A stretch of 64,000 nt of DNA, from contig BCKQ01000002.1 in assembly GCA_001600695.1 (NCBI GenBank), positions 889,184 through 953,183 of the forward strand, in the 5' to 3' direction. Positions 45,901 to 57,857 of the stretch are shown piece by piece; positions within the stretch are counted from its first letter, which is position 1; each line of letters begins with the position of its first letter. Below the pieces are notes generated by a model. The model worked only from the letters and a program-made list of their open reading frames with translations, searched no databases and was not told the DNA's origin. A program made the position numbers and the translations under genes. This stretch comes from Ascoidea asiatica JCM 7603. Taxonomy: Eukaryota; Fungi; Ascomycota.

Positions 45901-46709
45901 AAAGTATTTTCAAATAATTTTTCTTTGGTTTGAATTAAATCATTATAAGTAGATTGATGAAATTGATTAGATTGATGAAATTGATGAGATAAATGTGATT
46001 GATGAGATTGTGGAGATTGAGGAGATGGAGCTAATTGAGGAGATTGAATTAAATTTGAATTATTTGAAGTAAAAGAAAAATTTGAATTTGTTGAATTTAA
46101 AGAATTTTTTCTAGATATATGAACATCAAGATTATTATTTGATTGATTTGAAGGAGGTTTTCTTTGTTTTGAATGAGTACTTGAAATTCTTTCAATTTTA
46201 CCTTTATTATGTCTTAAATTATGAATATTTTGAATATTTGTATGTTCATAAGTTGAATTTGATAAATTTTCAGATTCCATATTATCAGATTGAATTGTAT
46301 TAATATTTATTGAATTATCTAAAGAATTATCAATTGATTTATTAATTGAATTTTCAATTAAATTATTATCTTTAAGATTAATATGTTCTTCAATTGGATT
46401 ATTTGTTGAATTATCAATTAAATTATTGATTGAGTTATCTTTATTAGATTCTATTTTAGTCTCAATGATTGGATTTATATTTGAATCTGTAGTAGAGTCT
46501 ATATTTGAACTTATATTAAAGTTTATATTAGGGTCTATTTTTGAATCTAGATTAGAGTCTTTATTGAAATCTTTATTAGGATCTTTATTCAAATCAATAT
46601 TAGAAGTTATATTTGATTCTAGATTAGAAGTTATATTAGAATCTATAATAGAGTCAATGTTATTAGAATCAGTGTTATTAGATTCTTTTGGTAAAGTAAT
46701 TTGATTCAT
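42921..46709 (-). CDS. RhoGAP + degenerate DH-PH fusion protein, paralogue B (1262 aa)
   Basis: VPSIII..IDFL..EGIFRINGN, HDVANLLKRYLNSLP and KINSFAISIIF; C-terminal GWVNFF..KQKKIFQIIKNQ and IFLFRKFLLICN. Colinear with paralogue A. Confidence 0.75.
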   Translation of the reverse strand: MNQITLPKESNNTDSNNIDSIIDSNITSNLESNITSNIDLNKDPNKDFNKDSNLDSKIDPNINFNISSNIDSTTDSNINPIIETKIESNKDNSINNLIDNSTNNPIEEHINLKDNNLIENSINKSIDNSLDNSININTIQSDNMESENLSNSTYEHTNIQNIHNLRHNKGKIERISSTHSKQRKPPSNQSNNNLDVHISRKNSLNSTNSNFSFTSNNSNLIQSPQLAPSPQSPQSHQSHLSHQFHQSNQFHQSTYNDLIQTKEKLFENTLDVISSQTLSSPILSPFPILSHNINDYYDYENQNLNDTINENENEVENEFNSNHNNNQSLIELISLKVPSIIISSIDFLIQHEFLKSEGIFRINGNLKSIKYLQNLFEANPFEIINIDNINANINNNNNNNNNNGGLTQLISNHDVANLLKRYLNSLPSSLITPDVSKILINYLRKDEDYDLKFSVNEETSLNSFIKKLNSKLPSSTSLDISKYNSDINEILKIKIQRFLNFVIKIFLKNLNKYNLDLIIYLNNNLFNLFNNLDSDFFKNLKINSFAISIIFNPSYFLNEQLNISAISNLKDLKDSKNLLIMDSNTKNESILQKFIIKMLIDNNDYFIQKLLLNDVNLKTNKIDLIQTDLFEFNRYFHKENDSIEDLNNSSDNKTSNTVQGQIPFQNKSQMTTPYSNQIPISNSISNLNSDSNGRNSSSLTNSNFAENSNPSPNINLSPYSNPSRNLLTVDTNILTSQDNLKILSATSSNRSRSSSTSNVPNKGKKRDVMLKRLSNIVTSTKANVLHNHGKSPEDEAIKWFGDLNIQNNEIKNSNSGENEIVKPFIIPNLSQLNYEQIYKKFDSGWVNFFNISSKYLQEQLNEKTISKQKKIFQIIKNQIYYYLTIEGFLRIGNKFKEEKKEKICFPFVNVEFYLSCFKPFEKILACFKNLVDLLLGILPVEGNENILIGNEYLSILNNWYSEKENCKEFCNLVYSFATVDYFFVIGNFFQEVENGIYNDQLKLFEKYFYDKLLKKEKFMTKDIMKKIFERYNYILSSNSLAIVGLSEFYKINENNGQKEYTPDDMSSIDQRNDLSQSKQTDKENKEILENHLYCKTKEIMINFDKDISNLRSEYKCKRIFEFISMENNYKEIVLKNFDFGKEKENSENHENIFNTEDKDDCRLIPIKITFLTNNGVIFLFRKFLLICNFEAESGNFKIYNNFSESFFKLNELKIRPRTSNITPDGKYQVYFSNIHNAEENNVRRNFYIILKDDLDLIIKARS

Positions 46710-49700
46710 CTTTTAATGATTTTACTGATTATATATAAGTTATATATGCTGTATAGTTTATATAAATGAATAAAAGATTATTGAACTTTTTGATGAGTTT
46801 AATATTGTTTCTTGATATTTAAATGTTATGTGTTAAATTTGAATTTTAAAAAAGAGTATGATAATATTTTTATATAGTAATATATTAATATGTTGATATA
46901 TTGATATGTAATAATTTTTAGAAGAATAGGAGTAATATTATTAAAGATATATTACTTTTGATTTATTGTATAAATTTGATAGTATTAGGATTAGTAAATT
47001 ATGATGAAATTGAAAACCAAGCCCTTTTTTAGATTGAATTTAGAGAAAAAAAGAATAATTGAGAATAAATGGAAATCAAATTATAAAAGGGATTAATTAT
47101 GATTGATGTTCATTAATATTGATTAATTTCAATTGATATGAAATAATAGTTAAGTTAATTATTGTTGGAATTGTATATTAAAGAATTGAATTATGATGAT
47201 ATTTTGTTATATATAAAAGTTTGATTTATTTTAAGAAATTGAAAGATAAATATTTGTTTCCTATTTATTTCTTTATTTCATAATTCTTTAATTTATTTAT
47301 TTATATGAGATTATGAATGATTAGATTCTTTTTTAAGAGAATTAGCCTTGATTAAAGAAAAAAGAATTAAATATCAGTACTTAAAGAAAATATTGCAATA
47401 ATACAATATAACTAAATTAATTACTATTAATGTTACAATAGACAGGTAAAAAGATAGAATATCAGTTGAAATTGGTGACACTACGGTATGGTATTACTCA
47501 ATTGACTCAAGGGACTCATTGGTTTCATGGGATCCAGGAGATTCTAGACAGAGTATTTCCAAATAAAGCGAGGATCTAAATATTACTGTAGAATCTACGT
47601 AGATTATCAAATTGTCAGATTATCTATCAGATTTGAAGAAGCAATGTGAAGATATTGATACGTCAATAAATATTAATGTTATCGTTACCGCTAATCAGGA
47701 TTATTGTTTACCAGCACTCAGGGCAACTATTGCTAAAGAGGACATTTAGGACAAGATCTATTTCTTGTGGATGGAATATAGTGTAAGACTTTTAGCCTTA
47801 GGACACGCACAACATCTCTTCGTTGGCTATGCTCTCACTGTATGAATGAGCAAAAATAGTATGAAAAAAAATATTAATACTTAAATCTGAGAACAATATA
47901 AAGTAAGTCACATGCAAATTGAGAGACCACTTTTATGGAAGTTATGCAAAACATGTTTTGATTGTAGCATCAGAATATTTAATGAAGAGAGAAGGAAATT
48001 AGAAGCAAAGCAAAAAAAAACTAGTAGTATTAATATATCTTATAATTTATCATAATCTACCATAAAATATGACCTTTGATCTAAAGTTCAAATAAATTCT
48101 ATGACTGATTTCATTGGCCTTTTCTATTGAACATAAAATACGCGGTTTCAAACAAAAATAAAGATAAATTGGAAATACAAAACGAACTCGTACGACATGG
48201 TTATGGTCTCTAAATCCATCGGTTAGTAAATTTTCAAAACCAGTATCAGAATCTTCAATTATAATTTTTTTTTTCATTTAACATAAATTACCAAGAGTGT
48301 GGATTCTTTTTTTTTTTTTTTTTGTTTTCAAAGGAAGGCAATAGTAATCCGGTTCCAGGTTTTATAACCGTTTCACAACTACCATTCATCCAGCATCAGC
48401 AAAAATGTACTAATAAGCGGGGTCTGGTGCACTGAGGTATTATTGTGTAATCTACGTAAAGTTATGTAGCGTTAGAATATGTTAAGCCATGTTGAATAGT
48501 CGCCTGTAGGAACCTGTCTCAAGAGAGTCAGGGATTATTCCCTCGAATAAAAAGGAAATTCTATGAAATTCTAGGAGATATTAGGAGAATTTAAATAATT
48601 TCTTTTTTCAGATCTATTTTTAATATCCCGATTAGACCTAACTTAAAAAGCAGAAACATTTACTTTTTACTAACAGTGATATAACAGCTAACTTTGTCGC
48701 TAACGGTAACGGCAATGCCAACGGCGACTATGTCGGCAACTTTAACAGTAAACAAATATTTAAGTGAAATAAAATATATTTCCTGTTTAAAATGAAATAG
48801 GAAAAAAAAATTGCAAAAAAATAGAATGATATAATAATACGATACGCCGATAAAGAAAAAATAGAATTTGAAATAGAAAATGTTGAAATAGTTTTGACAA
48901 TGTAAAATACATTAAATACTAAAAAAACCATAAAAAAAACATAAATCATGAATTTTTTGAAATTCGAATTCCAAGATTTTTATAATAACAAATCAAACAG
49001 AAATTACATTTCATTTCTTATTGATTATTATTATTCCTGGGTTTTCAATCACGATATAAAAAGAATAGCAAAATAAAGTAAATTTAGATGTCAGAATATC
49101 CAGGCTTTCCTTTGTAATGAGCTGTTTCTTTCTTTTTGTGTGAATTTCTTATTCTGAATCTTTCGTGATTCTAATTTATTACATACTTTCTATTCTGGGT
49201 TGGATACTTGGAATCTAATTAATTTATTTTGATAGTGCCTGTGTTTGTGCTTGAGCTTATGCTTATGTTTTTAATTTGCTTTCATTCACGGTGTTCCAGT
49301 TACTTTTTTGCCTTTCGCTTGATTATTAAAATAGCAATTGCCACTGTAGAAAGTGCTGAATATATTAGTTTGTCTTGTGAGCGAGTGAGTGACTAGACTA
49401 ATAGTGTAGTAATAGTTTAGTAATAGTTAAGTAGTAGTGTAGTTGGATATTTAGTGATAGCTCAGGAAGCCATAATGGCAGCAGCTAATAATAAATCATA
49501 ATAAATCATAATAACAAATCATAACCAGAGTGAAGCGCATTTGGCTGTTGGCTGTTCGTGCTTAGTAACAATATTTGGCCGGTGGGTGGGCATTTCTTGT
49601 TTCTTTTTGCACTTCTTTTTCCAGTCTAGCGCACTGCAACGCTACAGACCAAATCTGAGTTCACCAGAAATGACTGTATCATCTGTTTGGCTGTATAAGA

Positions 49701-50870
49701 TGTATCACCTGCAATCATCTTCGTTTCTTCGTTTTCTGTGCTATTTACAGTAGTAATTACAGTAGTAATTACTGTATTAATTACTGTTTTTCTTTCTTTT
49801 CCCTTTCTTTTACTTCCTTTTCACTTTTCTAGTTTCTCTTTTCACTCCAATTTCACTTCTTTTTCCCAATAGATTATTCTTTTGCTGTAAATTATCACAC
49901 ATATAATAGTCACTCACATATATATAATTTATAATTATCTATAACAATCTATAATACATTTATCAATTGATATATTAATATAATATTTCTTGTAAGATAT
50001 ATATAATAATACGTATTGTAGCTCACCGTAAGAAGTATTATTTTGCAAAAGAAATACAAGTTCAATTCTTACTTTCTGTTTTTCTCTTTTCACATTTCAG
50101 ATTTCAAAATTCAGATCCAGATTCAGATCTCGCTCAGGACTAACAAGTAACAAACAACAAATATCAAATATCAAATATCAAATATTAAATAATAAATAAC
50201 AAATAAAATCACCCTTTAAATTTAAAGGTCTACATTTCAATCTCATTTATATTCTTTTTTAAAAATTTCTAAAGTTATATAATAATATATCACTAATATA
50301 TTATATTTTAGTAATCAAAATAATATTAGTTATAATTATAATTAAAATTTTTTAAATTACCGTAATTATAATCAATATATCACACAAGAGTATAAAACAC
50401 ATTTCATTTCCTATTTTTTTTAACTTGTTTTTAAATCATAGTAATTTTATAAATTTGCCTTTTATTTTTTTAATATATTATATAATATACTATTCAAGTT
50501 ATATTTAATATTTGATTTCAAAATCAATCAAACAAAAAATATAAAAGAATAATTTATTATAAAACTAAAAAATAAGTTAAAAAATTTTATTTATATTTAA
50601 GTATCCTATTATATCCTATCATATTTACTTTATATTATATTGTATTCATTTATTAATCAACTTATCAATTTAATAAACTACTGTATAAATACTTAAACAA
50701 ATTTACAATATCCTTATAATACATCAAATACATTAAATAAATTCAATATATTTACTAATATTTATATATACATATACTTTTGAATTTAAATATAAATATA
50801 TTTCACCTTAATAACTAATAATTAATATCATATACAGTAATAAATCTTTTGATATATTTTATAATTAAAA

Positions 50871-51444
50871 ATGAATTCACAAATTAATAATCAAACTTCA
50901 AATGAGAATCAGGATCAGATTTATCAACCATCAACTTCTACTTCAACTTCTTCAACCTCTAATAATGATCCAAATCAATCTCATAATCATCATAATCAAT
51001 ATCTTTCTACTCCTTCTTCATCCTCTGTATTCTTTAATACTATACAAGTAGATTCTATGAATTCTATGAATTCAATATCTTCAATAGATCCTATAGATTC
51101 AATGAATCCTATAAATCCTTTAAATTCAATGGATTCTATAAATAATCTTCAATCTTTACATCACCTACAAAATAAAAATAATAGTAGTAATGTTAATAAT
51201 AACAACACCAATAATAATAATAATAATAATGATATTAATAATAACAGCAATAGTTGTAGTACCGCAATGAGCAATACTATCAATACAAATAGTATTACTT
51301 CTTCAACTTCAAATACTATTAATAATAATACTGGTATCAATCATAATTCTATTATTAATTCATCAAATAATATCAATATTAATATCAATAATGGTGAAAA
51401 TAATAATATTGCTAATGGTAACAAAAGTAAGAGCAATAATATTG

Positions 51445-51519
<75 letters not shown>

Positions 51520-54500
51520 GCAATATTTCTAATTTATCATTACCTCCTTTATCTTTACAAATAAAGCCAAATTCTCTTTTAAGTGTCACTAATTCTTCTC
51601 CTTCTTCTCCTTCAACTTTTTCTGATGAAACTGATATGGAAAATGATTTGGAGAATGATCTGGAAATGACTTTAAATGACTCTTCTATAAATATTTCATC
51701 AAATAATTTAGATAATTCAAATATTATTAATACAACTGATATTATTAATGATAATGATCAACATATGGATATTGATATTGATATTGAAGATAATAGTAAT
51801 TCTATCAATAATACTATCAATAATAATAATAATAATATTAGTAATAATGCTAATATTATTGCCACCGACTCCATATCTTTACCTAACTCTACTGTTAACT
51901 CGTCTAACTGTACCCCTAATTCAAATCCAAATTTAACTTCAACTTCAATAATCAATTCAAATAACAATTCAAATAACAATTCAAACATTGTTAAATCTAA
52001 TTCTTCCAAACATATTATAATAAAATTAAATTTAAAAGAATCCCCAAGATCAAAAGATTCAAACTTAACTTTATTAAGTTCTAAACCAAGATCTCAACCA
52101 ACTTCTCAATTAAATTCAATTCAAAAAACTTTGAAAAATAATTCAATCAATAATCCATCTCATAAATCAAAAAAATCTAAATTTTATAATCATTTAAATA
52201 GTAATATAAATATAAATAGTAAAAATTCAATTATTAAGAAAAAAAATAATTCAATTTTTAAATCTTCTTATAATATTAATAAATCTTTTAAAAATGATTC
52301 AAATAAAATTAATTCAATCAATCTTAAAAATTCTAAAACTACAAATCTTTTATATCCAAATTCATGTTCAAATTCAAACACAAGCTCAGATATAAATTCA
52401 AACACAAACACTGATTTAAATTTATCTTCCTCAATTTCATCTAAATTACTTTCACCTCCATTAAAATCTTCACTGAAATCTTCACTGAAACCTTCTTTGA
52501 AATCTTTTGGTCCAATTTCTTTAAACCCCCCTATTCCTCCGAAAATTGATTATAATTTAGGTCGTAGTATAGAAAAAGCTTCAAAATTTGTTCCTCCAAC
52601 AAATTTAAATGTTGCTTTCAATTTAAATAAAAAATATTCAAATAATACTAATAAGACTGGTAGTAGTAGCAATAATAAAAGTAATAAAAATAATAATATC
52701 ATTAATCAATATAAACCAAGAATTAATTCAAGATTAAATCCGGCTTATCAAAAACAAAGATCAAAATCTTTACCTGATACAAGAAAATTGGATAAATTTA
52801 TATCCTTATTATCAACAACTGATTCAAATAAATTTAATTCAAGTAAAAATTCAAATACAATTTCAAACTCTAATTCTAATGCAACTGTTAATATTAACAA
52901 TCAAATTAATATTAATAATGGCAAAAGTAATTCACGTCGTTCAAATAATTTAAGAGTTGATCCATCTTATAATAATGATTATCCCCCTGTAAATACTCAA
53001 TCTTTAAAAGAAATTGATTTACATGAAATCCTTAAAAATCCTCAATTAAGACATGATATTTTATTTGATCCTCAGTTACAATTTAGACCGAATTTAGATG
53101 GTGATAGAGGTCGTAGAAAAAGATTATCAGTTGATAAATATTGGACTGATATTCAAAGTGAATTTTTAAATTTATCAAATGATCCAGTTAATTCTAAATT
53201 AATTAAATTACCAAAATTATTTCAAACTTTAAAAGAAATTTTAATTACTTTATTACCTCTGAAAGATAGAAATAATGTTTATCAAGTTTTAGATAATAGT
53301 TTATTAATTCAACAATTAAAAAATAGTGCTTTAGATTTTATATCTTTATCAAATTGGTTAGCAAATTTATTCAAATCTCATTGTGCTCCAATGAGAGATT
53401 CATGGGTTGATGATATGACTAAAACCTTTTCACAAGCAAATAAGGATCAATCAATTTTTAAGTTAGTTGAAGCTTTAAGAATGGTTTTTGCTATCTTAGA
53501 AGCAATGAAATTAGATATTGCTAATCATCAAATAAGAACCTTAAGACCAGTTTTAGTTGAAACAGGTTTAGAATTTGAAAGAGATTATTATAATCAATTA
53601 ATAAGTTTAAGAAAAATTGATATAAAAGATTCTTTAAATTGGTTTAAAGTTGGATTTGAAACTTTTAGTAAAAAAGCAAATAAAGCTCCAGAAAAAATAA
53701 CTTCAAATGCAGATTTTAGAAAAATTTGTATTGATTCAATATTAAATCTATTAAGTTGTCGTAATATGATAACTGAATTTCCTTCTACTTTAAGTTTTGA
53801 TAATTCTCGTTTAAATTTATTAAGAGCAGAAATTAGACAATTAGTTTGTCTTCAAATTTGTTTATATCTTTTCAAACAATTATCTATAACAAATAATTCT
53901 AATATCATAACAAGAAATAAATTATTAGCCAAAAATAATCTCAAAAAAGTTAAAAAAGAAATTCTTGCAGTTATAACAGATGAAAATGGAAATGTTAAAT
54001 GGACAAGAAATATGAATTCTATTTCAGTATATTTAGCAAGAAGAGTTATAACAGATCCAGATGTATATGAAGCTAATAATAATGATATTGTTAAAAGAAA
54101 AAAAGAATTAAAACAAGCTCCACCGGAATCATTAATAAAATTAATTCATTCGTGGTTAGTTAAACAAACTCAACCAAAGAGTAAAGTTTATGGATTAATG
54201 GAATCAGGAATAATAAAACAATTGAGTGAATTAGTTATTGAAAGATTTGAAATTAAAACTGGTATACCATCAGAATCTGTTCCAAAAATTGCATCAGGTA
54301 ATAATTTAACTTTTCAAGGATTTACAAGTTCGAATACAAATAGTAGTTCATCTTCATATTCTGGTTTCAATTCAAGTAATAATGCAGCAAATAATTGTTT
54401 AAATCCATTTATTAGATCAACAACAATTTCAACAGATTTAAGTAATAATAATTTTGCAGAAGAATTGACATCATTATCGAGTCGATTATATACATTGAGT

Positions 54501-54560
54501 GTATTTCATTGGAATGTATTTGGATCATATTATACAAGTTCAATTAATTTATCAGAATAG
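50871..54560 (+). CDS. SOK1: Sok1 (TCP11-domain cAMP-pathway regulator) with an Asn-rich N-terminus
   Basis: PPVNTQSLKEIDLHEILKNPQLRHDILFDPQLQFRPNLDG, HCAPMRD, LEAMKLDIANHQIR and FHWNVFGSYY. Confidence 0.93.
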
Positions 54561-55827
54561 AGACATTTGCATTAACATTAAAGATAAATTATTAATTTTT
54601 GAATGGAAAATATATTCAATAATAACCAACGAATATAAGAATTTATTATTAAGATTCATTTTTTTTTTTCAAACAATATTTTTTTTATACTTTAGTCAAA
54701 TTTTAGCAATTAACTAGTTAATTAATCATCCATAAACTTCATTCAAGATTTCTATTCAAATTTTTATTAAATTTTTTTTTTTTCATTTACATTTCAATTT
54801 TCCCAGCCACATACTCACAATAAAAAACGTTTTTATTTTCTCACTTCTTTTTTTTTTTGTTTTTTGTTTTTTGTCTTTCTTTTTTTTCACTTTTTTCAAT
54901 TATGTTTTAAGTTTTGTTAATTACTTTAATTCATTTATCAATTTCTTATTATTATACAATCTTAAGTATAATTATTCTTATCATTTCCTTCCCTTGTTTG
55001 GTTTTGTCAGTCATGGTTTATTATTAGTGGAGCATGGATGTCAAATTTTGATTATTTTTTTTTAGCCCTTTACTTTATAATATTTTTTTTTCATTTTTTG
55101 ATTTCAATTTTGAATTATTTCTATTACGTTTATTTATTTTCTTTCATCAGCTTTTAATGGTTTTGTTTTAGAAACTAGCTATATCCATATACATAATTCA
55201 TATAAAGTTAATTCAACTTAGTGAATGTATTATTAAGTCATAAATATTTGTTTCCTGTAGGGAGTCGATATGTAATTTATTCAAGTTGTATTTTTCAATC
55301 TAAAAAATACGATAAATATGATTATCATAAGATTTCAGAATTAGAGCAAAATTTTAAATATTATTTCAATTACTGATTCATAATGATTGGTAAAATTTAG
55401 TATTGTTTGTAAGATTAGATTAAATTATTATTAATAAAAAATTATAATTCACGTATAATTTTTATATAAAAACTTACGGCATTCCTAAAGAAAAATTCGT
55501 AAAGTGGATTAATGCTGTTTCAGTCATGAGAAGGGGATTTATGAGGATACCATCATATCAGAAGTCAAGTGACTGAGTCTTACTTTGCCTTTGGAGTCAA
55601 AATACATAACAAAACACCTAACAAAACTTTTTAAAACCTCTTTTAAATATATTCTAAACCCTTTTTAAACCAATTTTAAACCAACTTTAAACACTTTCTA
55701 TGATCCATTTTGTGACTTATTCCCAAGAGAAGTTTATGCTCATCACTCGAGAATCACCAAACGCAGCTCTTTTTCATCTCTTCCTCAAACCAAAGCCGCA
55801 GGAAGGTTTCAGTGCCGCAACAGTGCA

Positions 55828-55882
55828 CCGGGTAACGCCTCACCAGTTATAAACAAATGCACACAGACCATAACCGATGAGC
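55828..55882. promoter_or_regulatory. Reb1-type site and PAC-like motif upstream of VMA3
   Basis: CCGGGTAA at 55828-55835 and CGATGAGC at 55875-55882. CACGTG boxes nearby at 55935 and 56127. Confidence 0.45.
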
Positions 55883-56384
55883 CTCGCTCGGAGCACACGC
55901 ATTTCCGATTAAACAGACAAAGAAACAAGCATAGCACGTGAATAGATCTTTAAAAAAACAAAAAAAACATTACCCTAACTTCTAAAATATCCATATTTTT
56001 ATCCGCATATCCACGCGTGGAACTGTATATCCATTCCGTATCCGATTTTTTTTGAACACGGATATTTTTACATCCGTGCTGAACCTTGGTAATATCCGTA
56101 AACTTCCATGCTGACCATTTCCTGTACACGTGACCATTCTTTTTCTGTTTGCCTGCTTTTTTGTTTGTTGGCTGCAAATGAAACTGCGCTCCAAAAAGAC
56201 GAATAAATAAAGGAACATCAATAAATAATACTGATAATTCATCTGAACAATTCAGTAAATAATAATAAAGTAAATAATTATTCATCTCTTTAATTAATTT
56301 AAACAAATTGTAATAATTTAATAAAAACTCATTTTAAATATCCTGTCAAATTAATATATATATATATTCTAATAATATTCAAAG

Positions 56385-57638
56385 ATGTCTGATTTATGGT
56401 ATGTGCTTTCAAAATTTTACTCATGTCTCAATAATTGAATTAAGAATCTTAATCATTTTAAATTTGCAATTGGTAATTTGTAATCCAATAATATTTTATT
56501 CATTTAACATCAATTGATTATCATTTTTGTTTCAATCTATAATTCATTCAAATCTCATTTATTTATCATTTGAATTTCATTTACTAACTTATTCAAACTT
56601 TTTTTTTATCTAAATTTTATTTCAAATTTTTAGTCCTGTTTATGCGGTATGTTCAATTTCTTAATTATCGAATATTTATTAATAAATCTTCTGTCGTATT
56701 ATTTTATATTCAAATAATTGAATTAAATCAATTGGAATTTTTTTCAAATCAACTATTTTCTCTTTTTATCCATTTGAATCTATTTAAATCTGTCAAATAC
56801 TCAAGTCTCCAGAATTGATTAGAGTATTCATTCCTAATAAATAAATAATCGGCCCAAAAAAAAAAAAATATTCTCATCATAAGTCTTAAATTAAAGATTA
56901 CATTTATTTGAGTAAACAGAAACAAAAAACAACTGGGACTTATTATCTATTATCGAATATTCTTGATTTTTGAATATCTTAATTGTTTCTTTTCTAGAAA
57001 TAACATTGAATACCTTTCAATTTATTTTGATATTCTCAAACGACTTTCAATCACTTTTTTAATGACTTTCAATATATTTTAATGTAATCAAATCATTTTA
57101 ATTCTAAAGATCCTCGAAGATTCTTTTCTTGAATATATTTTCTAACATTCTTTGTCTTTTTTCTTTTGCCTTCATTTTTTAGCCATTTTTCGGCTCAATG
57201 GGTTGTGCTTGTGCAATCGTTTTTACATGTTTTGGTGCTGCTTATGGTACTGCAAAATCTGGTGTAGGTATTTGTGCAACTTCTGTACTTAGACCTGATT
57301 TAATTGTTAAAAATATTGTTCCAGTTATTATGGCAGGTATTATTGCAATTTATGGTTTAGTTGTATCTGTCTTAGTTTCTTATTCTTTAAAACAACAACA
57401 AGCTTTATATACTGGTTTTGTTCAGTTAGGTGCTGGTTTATCTGTTGGTTTATCTGGTTTAGCTGCTGGTTTTGCGATTGGTATTGTTGGTGATGCTGGT
57501 GTAAGAGGTACTGCTCAACAACCAAGATTATTCGTTGGAATGATGTTGATTTTAATTTTCGCTGAAGTTTTAGGTCTTTATGGTCTAATTGTTGCTTTAT
57601 TATTAAATTCAAGAGCTACTCAAGATGTTACATGTTAA
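56385..57638 (+). CDS. VMA3: V-ATPase proteolipid subunit c; exons 56385-56398, 56634-56646 and 57183-57638; 160 aa
   Basis: The spliced product reads [18 protein letters not shown]...[13 protein letters not shown]. Both introns start GTATGT and end TAG, with branch sites TACTAAC (56582) and TTCTAAC (57140). Confidence 0.96.
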
Positions 57639-57857
57639 TCTTATTTAACAAAATTTTAACTTTAGATCATATTTAATTATAATTAGTTCATTTTCAATTC
57701 AAAATTAAAAAGAAAAAGTAAATTATACTTTTTATTTTGTATAATAAATAATTGAGCTTTAACTACTTAACTGGATTATTACAATCGTAAAAAAAATGTA
57801 TTTATATTATATTTTTTATCAAACTATATATATATATATATATATATTCTTCTTCCA

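Noticed and set aside
47400-47900. GC-richer segment with a 45-codon protein-like frame
   Set aside because: No ATG and no recognisable homology; more simply a promoter region.
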